From Chiloscyllium plagiosum (lineage: Eukaryota): 64,000 nucleotides of DNA. This document shows positions 49,420 to 61,860 of this stretch, piece by piece (the first letter of the stretch is position 1; the number at the start of each line of letters is the position of its first letter). The DNA lies in contig NC_057749.1 of assembly GCF_004010195.1 (NCBI RefSeq), positions 25,765,044 through 25,829,043 of the forward strand, read 5' to 3'. The notes beneath the pieces are model-generated. The model saw only the letters and a list, made by a program, of their open reading frames with translations. It did no database searches and was not told the DNA's origin. A program made the translations under genes and the position numbers.

Positions 49420-49651
49420 AACCAAAAGAGAAAATGCTAGAAAACCTCAGCAGGTCTGGCAGCATCTGTAAGGAGAGAAAAGAGCTGACGTTTCGAGTCT
49501 AACTGACCCTTTGTCAAAGCTTTGACAAAGGGTCAGTTAGACTCAAAACGTCAGCTCTTTTCTCTCCTTACAAATGCTGCCAGACCTGCTGAGGTTTTCT
49601 AGCATTTTCTCTTTTGGTTTCAGATTCCAGCATCCGCAGTAATTTGCTTTT
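49420..49651. mobile_element. Palindromic Penelope pLTR element
   Basis: ~100-bp arms meeting at AAAG|CTTT (49519/49520); 16-bp TSD AACAAAAGAAATGGAA (49406-21 / 49652-67). Confidence 0.88.
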
Positions 49652-49886
49652 AACAAAAGAAATGGAAACTGTTTCAATCTCCTTCTGTTTAAATTTGAAG
49701 GAACAAATAGAATTTTTAAGTTAGCCTATTATGATGCATAGTCAGCCGAGGAGGGATTTGAACCTTCTGGTCCAGATGCAGAGCCACTACAACTGCACTA
49801 GAGAGCCCTGTTTCGATTATACCAGCTGCTATGGTGGAGCTTAAAACCCATTGCCCCAAAATATTAGCCAAGACCTCTGGATTACA

Positions 49887-50428
49887 AGTCATAGAGTCAT
49901 TGAGATGTACAACACAGAAACAGATCCTTCAGTCCAACTTATCCATGCTGACCAGATATCCTAACCTAATCTAATCCCATTTGCCAGCACTCGGCCCATA
50001 TCTCTCTAAACTCTTCCTATTCATATAGCCATCCAAGTGCCTATTAAATGTTGTAATTGTACCAGCCTCCACCACTTCCTCTGGCAGCTCATTCCATACA
50101 CGTACCACCCTCTGCATGAATAAGATGCCTTTAGGTCTCTTTTAAATTTTTCTCCTCTCACCCCAAACCTCTAGTTCTAGACTCCACCACACCAGGGAAA
50201 AGACTTGTCTATTTACATTATCTATGCCCCTCATGATTTTACAAACCTCTATAAGGTCACCCCTTAGCCTCCAAAGCTCCAGGGAAAACAACCCCAGCCT
50301 ATTTCAGCCTCTCCTTATAGCTCAAATCCTCCAACCCTGGCAACATCCTTGTAAATCTTTTCTGAACCCTTTCAGGTCTCACAACATTCTTCCGATAAGA
50401 GGGAGACTAGAATTGCACATAATATTCC
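49887..50428 (-). mobile_element. HER1/CR1 LINE 3' fragment
   Basis: Matches the other HER1 3' ends; tail at the left. Confidence 0.9.
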
Positions 50429-50430
50429 AG

Positions 50431-50780
50431 AAGGGGCATAGATAGGATAAAAAGGCAAGGTCTTTTCCCCGGGGCGGGGTAGTCCAAAACTAGAGGGCAT
50501 AGATTTGAAGTGAGAGGGACTAAGATTTAAATGGGACCCAAGGGCAACTTTTTCATGCAGAGTGTGGTGTGTGTATGGAATGAGCTGCCAGAGGAAGTGG
50601 TGGAGGCTGGTACAATTACAATATTTAAAAGGCATCTGGATGGGTATATGAATAGGAAAGATTTAGAGGGATATGGAGCAAATGCTGGCAAATGGGACTA
50701 GATTTTATTTGGATATCTCATTGGCCTGGATGATTGGGACTGAAGGGTCTGCTTCCGCGCTGTACATCTCTATGGCTGTA
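50431..50780 (+). mobile_element. HER1/CR1 LINE 3' fragment
   Basis: Matches the other HER1 3' ends; tail at the right. Confidence 0.9.
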
Positions 50781-51299
50781 TGTTAATGATTCATCATTGG
50801 GGTAGGTGGGACTTGAACCCAGACCTTCTGTCCCAGAGATACAGACATCAACACTGTCCACTGGAATTTGCTGAAGGAGCAAATATGGTAATGCTGATGA
50901 CTCATCTGTACTGGGAAACCTGATTAATCCAATTCTGTACAAATTATATATTGAATTTAAATCTAATTATATTAAATAGTTTACTTCAATTTGCAATCTT
51001 TCTGTCAAGACAGTAAAACATAATAAATGAGGTCAATGAAATATTTTAGGTTATTAAAAATAAAGCTAATTAAAAGACAATTAACTCCAGGCACGAGATG
51101 CATTCTTCATGGCAATGCTAAAGTCCCTGGAGTGAAATATTTGCAAAGAGCATGTCACTGCTTATCTGTGAAATATCAGTCCAATTATAAACCAGTAATT
51201 CCTCATTCTAGTTAGCATTTCCACAATCACTTGCAGTTCTGTTATTATAATTACCTCTTATTATTTCTGTTGGTGAATGCGAGGCCTTACTAAGGGTTA

Positions 51300-51488
51300 G
51301 GAGAAAGTGAGGACTGCAGGTGCGGGAGATCAGAGCTGAAAATGTGTTGCTGGAAAAGCGCAGCAGGTCAGGCAGCATCCAAGGAGCAGGAGAATCGATG
51401 TTTCGGGCATGAGCCCTTCTTCAGGAATGACGAAAGTGTGCCAAGCAGGCTCAGATAAAAGGTAGGGAGGAGAGACTTGGGGGAGGGG
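51300..51488 (-). mobile_element. Penelope pLTR with hammerhead motif
   Basis: 10-bp TSD CTAAGGGTTA; minus strand CTGAAGA-A-GGGC-TCAT-GCCC-GAAACATC (51397-51424). Confidence 0.88.
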
Positions 51489-52129
51489 CTAAGGGTTATG
51501 CAGCAGTTGGTGGCTGATGCACTTTATTTATAATCAATTAATTCAGCAGAAAATATCGATTTGGAGCAAAGGTTTCTGAGAAAAAAAATGGCAAGTCAAG
51601 TTTAATTGTCTTGTTATTGTTTGATTTGGTTTTCACAATGATTTTCTGAGGCCAATTCCAAAATAAAATGTTAATAATTAAGAGTACTGTTAAAGCTCTT
51701 GTTCAATGGTGATTATTTTGGCTAGATACAAAAAGCAGCAATTTGCCATTTGTTTGTAACAGGTTGACTGACCCTTGTTGTGTTGAATTCACGAGTATTC
51801 ACATACCAGGGGTTGATTGCCTCTGATTGGCACATATTAGTTACATCAGAATCATAGCAAGTACATTTCTTATATTTGCTGAATCATAAATGTAGTTCTT
51901 TTCAATCAAGCTGTTCAGATCTATTGCAAAACACATCGGGATAGTTAGAACTTTAACCCAATTGTTCTGATCCAAAGGTAGTGACACTACCACTGCATCA
52001 GAGAAACCTTATGATGAATCATCCTTGATCATCAAAACCTGGAGTGAGACTTGGACTAGAGCTTGTTAATTGGTTATCTTGGTATCTGGGAGGACCATTT
52101 TGAATTATATTGCAAGCCATGGACCAGCG

Positions 52130-52598
52130 CCATAGAGTTGTACAGCATGGAAACAAACCCTTCGGTCCAACTTGTCCAAGCCAACCAGATATCCAAAATT
52201 AACCTAGTCCCATTTGCCAACAATTAGCTCATATCCCTCTAAACCCTTCCCAATCATGTACCCATCCAGATGTCTTTTAACTGTTGTAATTGTACCTGCC
52301 TCTACCACTTCCTCTGGCAGTTCATTCCATTCATGAAAATGTTGCCCCTTAGGTCCCTTTTAATCTTTCCCCTCTCACTCTGAACTATGCCCTATAGCTT
52401 TGGGCTCCCCTACCTTGGGGAAAAGACCTTGACTATTCACCCTATCCACGCCACTCATGGTTTTATAAACATATGTAAGGTCACCCCTCAGCCTCTGATG
52501 CTACTGGGAAAATAGCCCCTGCCTATTCGGCCTCATCCTATAGCTCAAATCCCTGGCCCCTTCCCCACCCCTCCCCTCACCCCTGGCAACATCCTTGT
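52130..52598 (-). mobile_element. HER1/CR1 LINE 3' fragment
   Basis: Matches the HER1 3' end. Confidence 0.85.
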
Positions 52599-52942
52599 GT
52601 GACTAGACCAATGGTGGACACCTCCAATCTCAGTCATAATGATGAAAACTATGAAAAATCTTTCTCATCACATGTTTCACTGGAAGAAATGGTGCTTCCT
52701 CCTCTGAAAGAATATTTCCTCAACTGAATTCACTCTTTCGTGCCACACACTAATATTCCTGAAAAATATTCAGTCTCTTACAGGGATGATGACAGACTAC
52801 AATGAGGAGGAATTTCTTCTCTCAGAGACCAGTTGATCTTTTTTTCCACAGACGACTGTCGAGGCTGGAGTAGACAGATTTTTTAATCAGTATGGGAATC
52901 AATGGTTATGTAGAGAAGGCAGGAAAGTGGAGCTTAGGATAT

Positions 52943-53284
52943 CATAGACTCTCTACTGCGTGGAAGCAAGCCATTTGGCCCATCGAGTCCACACATTCCC
53001 TCTGAAGGTCATCCCATCCAGACCCACCTTCTTACCTATCCTTGTAATCCCACACTTCTCACGGCCTACCCTGCATAACCATGGACACTAGGGGCAATTT
53101 AGCATGGCCAATCCATCTAACTTGCACTCTTTGGACTGTGGGAGGAAACCGGAGCACCCAGATTAAATCCACACAAACACAGGGAGAATGTGCAAACTCC
53201 ACACAGACAGTCACATAAGGCTGGAATTAAATCCAGGTCCCTGGCACTGTGAGGCAGCAGTGCTAACCACTGAGCCACCATGCC
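52943..53284 (-). mobile_element. HE1-type SINE
   Basis: HE1 head and core. Confidence 0.85.
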
Positions 53285-53905
53285 ATCAGCCCAGCCATTA
53301 AATGACAGAAAAGGCTCAGTGGGCCTTTTTTTATTCATTCATTCATGGGATGCGGGCATCACTGGCTATTGCCCATCCCTAATTGCCCAGAGGACAATTA
53401 AGAGTCAACCAGATTGCAGGGGATCTAGAGTCACATCTAGGCCAGACCAGATAAGGATGGCAAACTCCCTTCCCTGAAGGACATTAGTGAACCAGATAGG
53501 TTTTTACTAGTTATAGAGTCACCTTTGGGCTAGCTTTTATTGAATTAAAAATGCAGCATCTGCCATAGTGGAATTCAAACTTAGATCCCCAGAATATTAA
53601 CCTTGGATTCTTGATCACCAACCCAGTGATACCATCTCTACACCACCACGTCCCCCCGCTAAATGACCAACTTCTGTTCCTACATCTTATTGTTTTGGGA
53701 GAGACTTGCACTCTTCTCTTCAAAGTAATGAAGTTTGAGGGACGATTTGATGAATTCCTTTAAGATTATGAAAGGGTGAACATAGACAAGATACTTCCAC
53801 TGTATGGGGATGACCAAAATTAAGGGATGTATACATAATTTACTAATATATTGAATTCAGGAGGCAAAGACTCATGCGAAACTCACTTCCTCAAGTGGTT
53901 GAGAC

Positions 53906-54060
53906 AAAGATGTGCAGGTCAGGTGTTTTGGCCATGCTAAATTGCCCGTAGTGTTAGGTATAGGGGTAAATGTAGGGGTATGGGTGGGTTGCGCTTCGGC
54001 GGGGGGGTATGGACTTGTTGGGCCGAAGGGCCTGTTTCCACACTGTAATATAATCTAAAA
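53906..54060 (+). mobile_element. 5'-truncated HE1 SINE
   Basis: 3' half of the young HE1 subfamily. Confidence 0.85.
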
Positions 54061-55804
54061 AAAAATCTTATCAGTACATTTAAAAGGAAGCAAAGAAGGC
54101 TGAAAAGAATAGAATGATATGGTTATATGGTCTGACATAGGGTAGGAGAGGGTGTGGAGCATTTACACTTGCATCGACGAGTTGAGGAGAATAACTTGCT
54201 TTATTGTGTTGTGCGTTTTTTAAAAAAAATCATTTTGTGGGATGTGGGTGTCTCTGGCTGGGCCAGCATTAATTGCCCCATCCCTAGTTGCCCCTTGAGA
54301 AGGTGGAGGTGAGCTGCCTTCTTCAACCACTGCAGTCCCACCTGCTGTGGGTTGAGCCACAATGCCATTGGGAGGGGAATTCCAGGATTTTGCCCCAGCG
54401 ACAGTGAAGGAACGGGAATATCTTTCCAGGTCAGAAATTTCTTGTAATTATGCTGCTTTTATCGTAACAAATCTGCAGGAAAAAGTGAAGCAATTTCTTA
54501 GAAGAAACTACCTACCTCAGGAGGTTTTATCCAATTTGTTCACTCTCTTCCTTGCCCCTTTCTACTCACCTCATGTTGTTCAGGACTAGAATACTTATTT
54601 GAACGGGCCCCCTTACAAAGTTCCCAACTTGGTAGAGTTCCAGATGGGCTAGCCCAGAATGTTAAAGTTCTGGATGAGTAGGAATGAATTGCCAGCACCT
54701 TCTCTATTTATCCACCAGCTCAGTTAATAGCAACAAGCTTAATCTAACAGGGATCCCTGCTCCTGTGGGTAACTTTCTCCTAAAACCAAATGAACTTATG
54801 TTTTCAAAAGAGCCAATTTCACCAGACTTGCTTAAATTTAAAAGAAATGCGCTTTGGTAAATCATTGCATGAAAAGAAATACTGACACAACACACAAAAC
54901 TCGCTAACACACAAATACACAAAGATTAGAAATAAGAGTTGAGTCCGAAAGGATAAAAATAAAAATAAATACAGATCAGTCCCTGAATTGTTCTTGAGAA
55001 TAAATAGTAGAATATTCTGATTGGTACAGTGGAGGTTACAGGTAGGTCAACAGTCAGTTTTAAGGTTCTTGGTTTCAAAAGCTGTTGGAAGTTCCTGATA
55101 ACTTTTTAAACACATTTGCTGCACTCAGAGTGAGACAGGGCTTGCAACATAGGGCTAACTAGAGGATAGAATGTCTGACAGTGACATTCATACTATGCTA
55201 ATACTTGAACACACAATTGCATTGAGTCCCAGCGGCCACCTCCAATAGAGTGGAAACTGACATTTTGAACTCTGCCCTTGTGTATTCTTCATAAGTAAAA
55301 ATCCAACATATGTCCACAAATATAATCACAATACATTATCTCCTGCAAATGCTGGAAATCTGAAATAAAACGAAAGTACTGATGAAGGTCAGGAGGTCTG
55401 GCAGCATCTGTGGAGAAAGAAACAGATTTCATGTCATAAATTCAATGTGATTCTTGGTCTCGTAAATGTTCTCTGAATTTAAAAATATTCAGATGATTCC
55501 TTTTCATCTTTTTCACAACTACCCTGTCAATAAGCCTCAAGTCCTCTTACTTTTTCAAATTCCAGTGGATAAAATGCTAGTCTGTCCTATTTTTTCTCAA
55601 AAGACCAACCACCCATTCCAGGTATTAGTCTCGCAAATAAATGCAGAATACTACAGATCCTGGAAATCTGAAACCAAAACGGGAAGTGCGAGAGAAACTC
55701 AGCAGGACTGGCAGCAACTCTGAAGAGAGAAACAGAGTTAATGTTTCGCATCCAACATTACCCTTCTTCAGAATGTAGTCTCATAAACGTTAATGGGAAT
55801 CTCA

Positions 55805-56150
55805 GGGAAGCAATGGCTTAGTGGTATTATTGCTGGACTGTTAATCTAGAACTGAGGGAATGTTCCGGGCACTTAAGTTTGAATCCCGTCACAGCAGATG
55901 TTGGAATTTGAATTTAATAAAAAAAAACTGGTCTGGAATGAAGTGTCTAATAATGACCATGAATCCATTATCAGAAAAAAAAACTGGTTCACTAACGTCC
56001 TTTAGGGAAGGAAATTTCCATCCTTACCTGGTCTGGCCTCCATGTGACTCCAGATCCACAGCAATGGAGTTGACTTTTAACTACCCTCTGGACATAGAGA
56101 TGAGCAACAAATGCTGCCTGGCCAGTGACGCTTTCATCTCATCAATCAAT
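55805..56150 (+). mobile_element. tRNA-derived SINE, second family
   Basis: Homologous to 23171-23520. Confidence 0.75.
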
Positions 56151-57304
56151 AAATTTTTTAAAAACTGCATGTGACACATTTACATTCTCCCTTAATGAAT
56201 ATAGTATACACGACTTCAGATATGGTTTCAACAATGTTCCACATAAAGGAAGCATAACCTGTCTACATTTATATTTCATTGCTCTTGCAATAAGTAGTTA
56301 CATTTCATTAATTGCTTGCTGTATTTGCAGACTAGCCCGCTACAATTCAGAGATCCAGATTCCTCTGAATATTTTGACAGTAAATTCTAAAGAAATGAGT
56401 TTGCCCTTTTAAATTGTACTGGCTCAAAGATTGGGGTTATCTGATAACCTTTAAAGTGTCAGTCATGGATCAGTGGGTGACATTCACACCTCTGAGTCAG
56501 ACAGTTGCAGTTTCCATTCCCACTATCAAAACACAATATCCAGTACTAAACCAAGGGAGTGCTGCACTGTCAAAGGCTTTTTGGCATGAGCTATTTGCTT
56601 TCTCAGACCTTTTGAAGGAGGTACAAGTTTTCGGAGGGCGGCTCCTGACCAAGTTTCAGCACAACAAAAGCTAGTGCTTCCAAATAAACTTGTTGGACCT
56701 GGTGATTTTTAACTTTGTCCACCGCAGGCACTTCCACATCATGCCTTCTGAAGGAGAGCAGGGCACATTTCCAAAGTGAGCTGACCAATATTTATCCCTC
56801 AGCCAGAATAAAAATTAACGGGCTGAATCTTACGTTTTTTTGGCTAAGTCCAAGTTGCTTTTTTTTAGGGATTTCCGGCATGAGGCCTAACAAAGTTTCT
56901 CACCACATCTTACCAAATTTGCCTCATTAACTACTTACGCCAACCCCCATGGTATCCCTAACATCCAATTCCAGCCCCGTCTTACTATGCACGTGATCAT
57001 AGATCATAGAAACATAGAAAACAGGAGCAGAAGTAGGTCATTCAGTCCTTCAAGCCTGCACCACCATTCAATAAGATCATGACTTTCACCTCAACTGTAT
57101 AGGTCCACTTTAGCTGTGCTTATGCAGGACTTCCACTTCCCCCAGGAGCAGCAGTGTAGGCCAACACACCAGATCGTGCCATCCTGGTCTGAGGTAACCA
57201 CCCCAGGGTGAAAGCAGTCTCAGCTATCTTGAGCAACACCAAGCACTGTAAGAAGTTCTCCAATCTGCCAGTATAAATACTAGCATCTTCTTTCCCATAC
57301 CTCA

Positions 57305-57530
57305 CACTGAACCAACCTCTGATATCTTCTCTCCAATTGAGACCATCTCTGCCATCTTCTCTCTGAAATTTCACATTGAAGCAATCTCTGCAACTTCTCT
57401 CTGTTACCTCGCATTGAGATGATCTCTGCCATCTTCTCTCTTTGATACTTTGCATTGAGACAATCTCTGTCATCTTTTCTCTAATACCTCATATTGAGAC
57501 AATCTCTGCCATCTTCTCTTTGATACCTTA
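57305..57530. repeat. ~39-bp minisatellite, 5-6 diverged copies
   Basis: Unit ~ATTGAGACAATCTCTGCCATCTTCTCTCTGATACCTCAC. Confidence 0.85.
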
Positions 57531-57812
57531 CAGTGCTAGGGACCCAGGTTCAATTCCATCCTCGGGTGACTGTCTGTGTGGTGTCTGCTTGGGTTTCCAC
57601 CGGGTGCTCCGGTTTCCTGCCACAGTCCAAAGATGTGCAGGTTAGGTGAGTTGGCCATGTTGCGTTGCCCATAGTATTCAGGGATCTGTAGGTTAGGTAC
57701 ATTAGTCAGGGGAAATGTAGGGGAATGGATCTGGGTGGGATGCTCTTCGGAGGGTGGGTGTGGACTTGTTGGGACGAAAGGCCTGTTTCCACACTGTAGG
57801 GATTCTATGATG
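57526..57812 (+). mobile_element. HE1-type SINE, head clipped
   Basis: HE1 core and tail. Confidence 0.85.
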
Positions 57813-58579
57813 ATCACTTGACTCACTAGTTTCACACAACAACTGAAGCAATCAAGCATTTGCACAAGGATCTATGATCAGGCAAACTTAATTAGACACT
57901 ACATGAAAAACATAATGCAGAGGAACTGTAGGTGCTCATTTAGCCCATAAACCTAGTTGAATGTGGCAGACCTGACCTGGACCTCGACTCAAGGTTGGTG
58001 CTTGTTCTTGAAAACTCTTGGCCATATAGTTCATAAAATATTGCAAATCTCAGCTCTGAATACATTCAATGATTGCTTTCTGGGGGTTGATAATTCCAAA
58101 GATTCATGACTCTCTGAGGGTAAAAATTCTTTCTCATCTCTCTCAAGCCCTCACAGGCATTTATTCATTTCAACGAGATCAGCTCTAATTCTTGGAAGCT
58201 CCAACGAGCAAAGGTCCAACCAGCTCAATCCTTCCTCACAGGTCAACCCATTTATGCTAGGATCAACCTCGGGAATCTTCTTCAATCAGCCTCCACTGGA
58301 AGTAATCCCTCCTTAAATTAAGAGGCCAAAACTGCACGCAGTACAATAGGTGTGATCTCATGGATGTATACAGGCGTTTATTGCTTTTGTATCTTGCTTT
58401 ACACAATGAGGTGCTTCTGGCATGCAAAGACTTGTCAAGCAAGTAAAGTGGGAAAATCCCTACTGGCATTTTCAATCGAGTTTTTCAGTTAAACACACAG
58501 GATGTGCTCACAGTATTCTAATGCATTGCAGAGTTGGGTGGGAGCACTGCAAATTGCCAAAGTCTGCAAGAACAGATTA

Positions 58580-59257
58580 CGATTTGGAGGTGCCGGTGTT
58601 GGACTGGGGTGTACAAAGTTAAAAATCACACAACACCAGGTAATACCTTGATTGTCTGTTGAGTCTTTCATCGTTTGAATACCATGATAGTTTCACTTCT
58701 TTCATATGTAAATCTTTATGTCTATCTGTGTGTGTGTCCAACCCAGACAGACACACACACAGACAGATACTAAGACCCACACGCATGCACACATATATTT
58801 TAGGGGTGAATTTGTACTTGCAGAGTTTCATTGTACTTTGCTCAAAACTGCATGAATTCATGTAAAACTCTTGTTATCTCACTTTTTAGATTAGAATCTA
58901 TCTATACATCATGGCATAAACAGAAAACACAGGGGGCTAACACCTTCAATATATTTTCTGGCTAACACCAATTGTTACAGCCAACCTGAGAATGCAACTT
59001 TTAAAAAAAGGTTTTGTGATTTACACATGAAAAAAGTGAAACTATCATAATATTCAAACGATGAAAGACTCAACAGACAATCAAGATGTTTTTCAATGTA
59101 TAATTTCAGTTACATCACACTGTAAAATTTTGCTATAAATTCTGTGCCTTAGAATTGTGTCCTCCACTATCACCTGATGAAGGAGCGGCGCTCCGAAAGC
59201 TAGTGTGCTTCCAATTAAACCGGTTGGATTATAACCTGCTTTGCGTGATTTTTAATT
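58580..59257 (+). mobile_element. Penelope-like element (second family) with inverted 5' piece and hammerhead
   Basis: GATTTGGAGGTGCCGGTGTTGGACTGGGGTGTACAAAG start. 58643-58712 is inverted against ~59015-59090. CAC-CTGATGA-A-GGAGC-GGC-GCTCC-GAAAGCTA-GTG at 59171-59205. Confidence 0.75.
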
Positions 59258-59334
59258 TAGAACAGATCACAATTGATAACTCACGTGTAACAATCTCAGT
59301 TAATTTTAAAGACAACTTTGCTAATTTACCCTGC

Positions 59335-59985
59335 AAACAAAGAAGTGTTGGAAATCACAGCGGGTCAGGCAACACCCATGGAGAGGGAGCAAGCTAATAT
59401 TTTAAGTCTAGGTGATTCTTCATCAGAGCTAATGTAAAGTGTGGAGGAGGCAGCTTTTTGCAATATTGATGGGAGGGTGGAGTGCTGGGGGAGAGAGGCT
59501 GATAGTGCAGATTCAGTGATTGGAATGTGAGAATAGCAGAACAATTGCCAGATTGGAAAGAACAGACAATCTCACTGGAGTAGAGGTGGGTGGCTGAGAG
59601 GAGGGAGGACACGGTCACAGAGAATACAACAAGCAAAGCTAAAAGCAAGAGAAGGAATATGAGTGGGTTCACAATCTGAAGGCGCTGAACTTAATATTAA
59701 GTCGAGAAGGTTGTGAGGTGCCTTGTCTGAAGATGAGGTGCTGTTCCTCAAGTTTGTGTGTGAATTGCTGGAGTATTGCAGCATACCAAGGACAGTTAAG
59801 TGGGCATGCGAGCAGGATGCTGTGTGAAAATGCCCGGCTATAGAAAGGTCAGAGTCATGCTTGTGCACAGACCGAAGTACTCTGCAAAGCGGTCACCCAG
59901 TCTGCATTTGGTTTCTCCATTGCAGAGTAGGCCACAGTGGGTACAGTAAATACAATACACAGGATTAGAGACAGGTGAAATACTT
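59335..59985 (-). mobile_element. Old Penelope-like element, GIY-YIG region plus pLTR
   Basis: Minus IHCTHCGLLCNGETKCRLGDRFAEY-type remnant and HKHDSDLSIAGHFHT; degenerate hammerhead at ~59400-59427. Confidence 0.75.
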
Positions 59986-60902
59986 CAATTTCCAGCATTT
60001 TTTGTTTCCAGCACAGATTCCCGCATCTGCAGAAATTTGCTCCTACATTTTGGTAATTTACAGCTTTGTTTCCGAAAGCGTTCTAAGTTTGAAATAAAAC
60101 TGAAGGATGGTGCAAACCCTCAACAGCATCTGTTGTGGGGAAAGAGAAATGGGAGTTAACATCTCAGGGCAATGGGCAATGTCATTTCATCAGAAGTGGA
60201 AGATGTTTGAGATGAACAGCACGGGGTCAGGGAGTGGGGGTTGGGGAGGACAGCAATCTCTGCAGGGAGAAATCTGCGATAGGTGGAGTGTGTGTGTGAT
60301 TAATGTTGGAAGTTACTCTTTTAAGCTTCGTCCCTTTCCGGAGGCAGTTTGGGAAAAGGATCTGCACTGATCCTCCAATGGGCATTCCACCACCCCCACA
60401 CTATCCTAACAACCCCACATTCACCATGGCTAATCTGTCTAGCTTGTATAACTCTGGACACTACAGGGCAATTTATCATGGTCTATAAATTGGCAAATTA
60501 GGAAAGGGAATGAAATAAATAAACATAATAGTTTACAGGAATTCAAAAATGGCATGTCATTGGATTTTACATATAAGCCTATCCTTCCTTCTAAAGTTCT
60601 TAGATTTTGTTTTCTTTAGCAGTTGAAGTTTGATAATGCACATACACAGTGAATATTTGTAGCATTGTGTAATGTTTGTACTGTGTCAAATTGCAAGGGA
60701 AACAGGGTTAGACATTAGGATATAATTCAGTCGATAATTTCTTCTGTTCTTTTCGTTTCTTAAAAAAAATCCCTGCATCATATTTCACCCACAGTTAAAG
60801 GAAATTTTGGAACAATTTGGGAAGCAGATTTGGCTGGTACCTGGAAGTTAACTCGTTGGTACACTCTGAAGAGCTGGGAAAATGGGGAGCTGAGGTGCTA
60901 TA

Positions 60903-61115
60903 TAAAAACAATGACTGCAGATACTGGAAACCAGATTTTCGATTAGTGGTGCTGGAAGAGCACAGGAGTTCAGGCAGCATCAGGTTAAAATCAACTAGGT
61001 AAAAACAATGACTGCAGATACTGGAAACCAGATTTTGGATTAGTGGTGCTGGAAGAGCACAGCAGTTCAGGCAGCATCAGGTTAAAATCAACCAGGTAAA
61101 AACAATGACTGCAGA
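60903..61115. repeat. 97-bp tandem repeat (2.2 copies) built from a Penelope pLTR end
   Basis: TAAAAACAATGACTGCAG starts at 60903, 61000 and 61097. Confidence 0.9.
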
Positions 61116-61167
61116 GTTGAGGTGCTATAGCAGCCTCATGAGGTAGGAGGGTGCAATTACAGTCTGA

Positions 61168-61260
61168 AAATGTGTCGCTGGAAAAGCGCAGCAGGTCAGG
61201 CAGCATCCAAGGAGCAGGAGAATCGACGTTTCGGGCATGAGCCCTTCTTCAGAATTTACA
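61168..61260 (-). mobile_element. Short Penelope pLTR insertion with intact hammerhead motif
   Basis: 15-bp TSD GCAATTACAGTCTGA (61153-67 / 61261-75); minus strand CTGAAGA-A-GGGC-TCAT-GCCC-GAAACGTC (61225-61252). Confidence 0.88.
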
Positions 61261-61539
61261 GCAATTACAGTCTGACAAGTTTACATAGTCAATTTGCATG
61301 TAAGATGTAAATGGGGATTCTCTTTACGAGGCTGTCTTCTGTTCAGGCAATACAGCACTTAAACAGATCAGTTTGAGAAATAAAATAAATTTGCTCACCT
61401 CAGGCCAAGCTCAGGGTAGAGCACTGCATAAACTAATAACTCTTGTATTAAGCTGATAAATATCATCTCGCATCAAGGTAAAGTTGTCATATTCCTATAG
61501 ATCATAAGGCTACTCTCTCATTAGAAAGAGTTGACTGAT

Positions 61540-61860
61540 CATAGAATCCTTATAGTGCAGATAGAGGCCATTTGGATCTTTGAGTCTGCACTGATCCTCC
61601 AATGAGTATCCCATCACCCCCACACTATCCTAGTAACCCCATATTTACTATGGCTAACCTGCCTAGCCTGCACAACCCTGGACGCTACAGGGCAATTTAT
61701 CATGGCCTAACCACCTAACGTGCACATCCCTGGACTGTAGGAGGAAACCCACGTTGACAGGGGGAGAACCTGAAAACTCCACACAGTCACGCGAGGCTGG
61801 ACTTGAACCCGGATTTGGCACTATGAGGCAGTAGTCCTAACCACTGATCCACTGTGTCGC
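61540..61860 (-). mobile_element. HE1-type SINE (older)
   Basis: Diverged HE1 pattern. Confidence 0.78.

Noticed and set aside
54590..55320. LTR-like remnant (also ~40850-41230 and 42480-42920)
   Set aside because: Termini and TSD could not be defined by eye.
57305..57530. 39-bp repeat as a coding repeat or CRISPR array
   Set aside because: Contiguous diverged units without spacers and with indels; an ordinary minisatellite.
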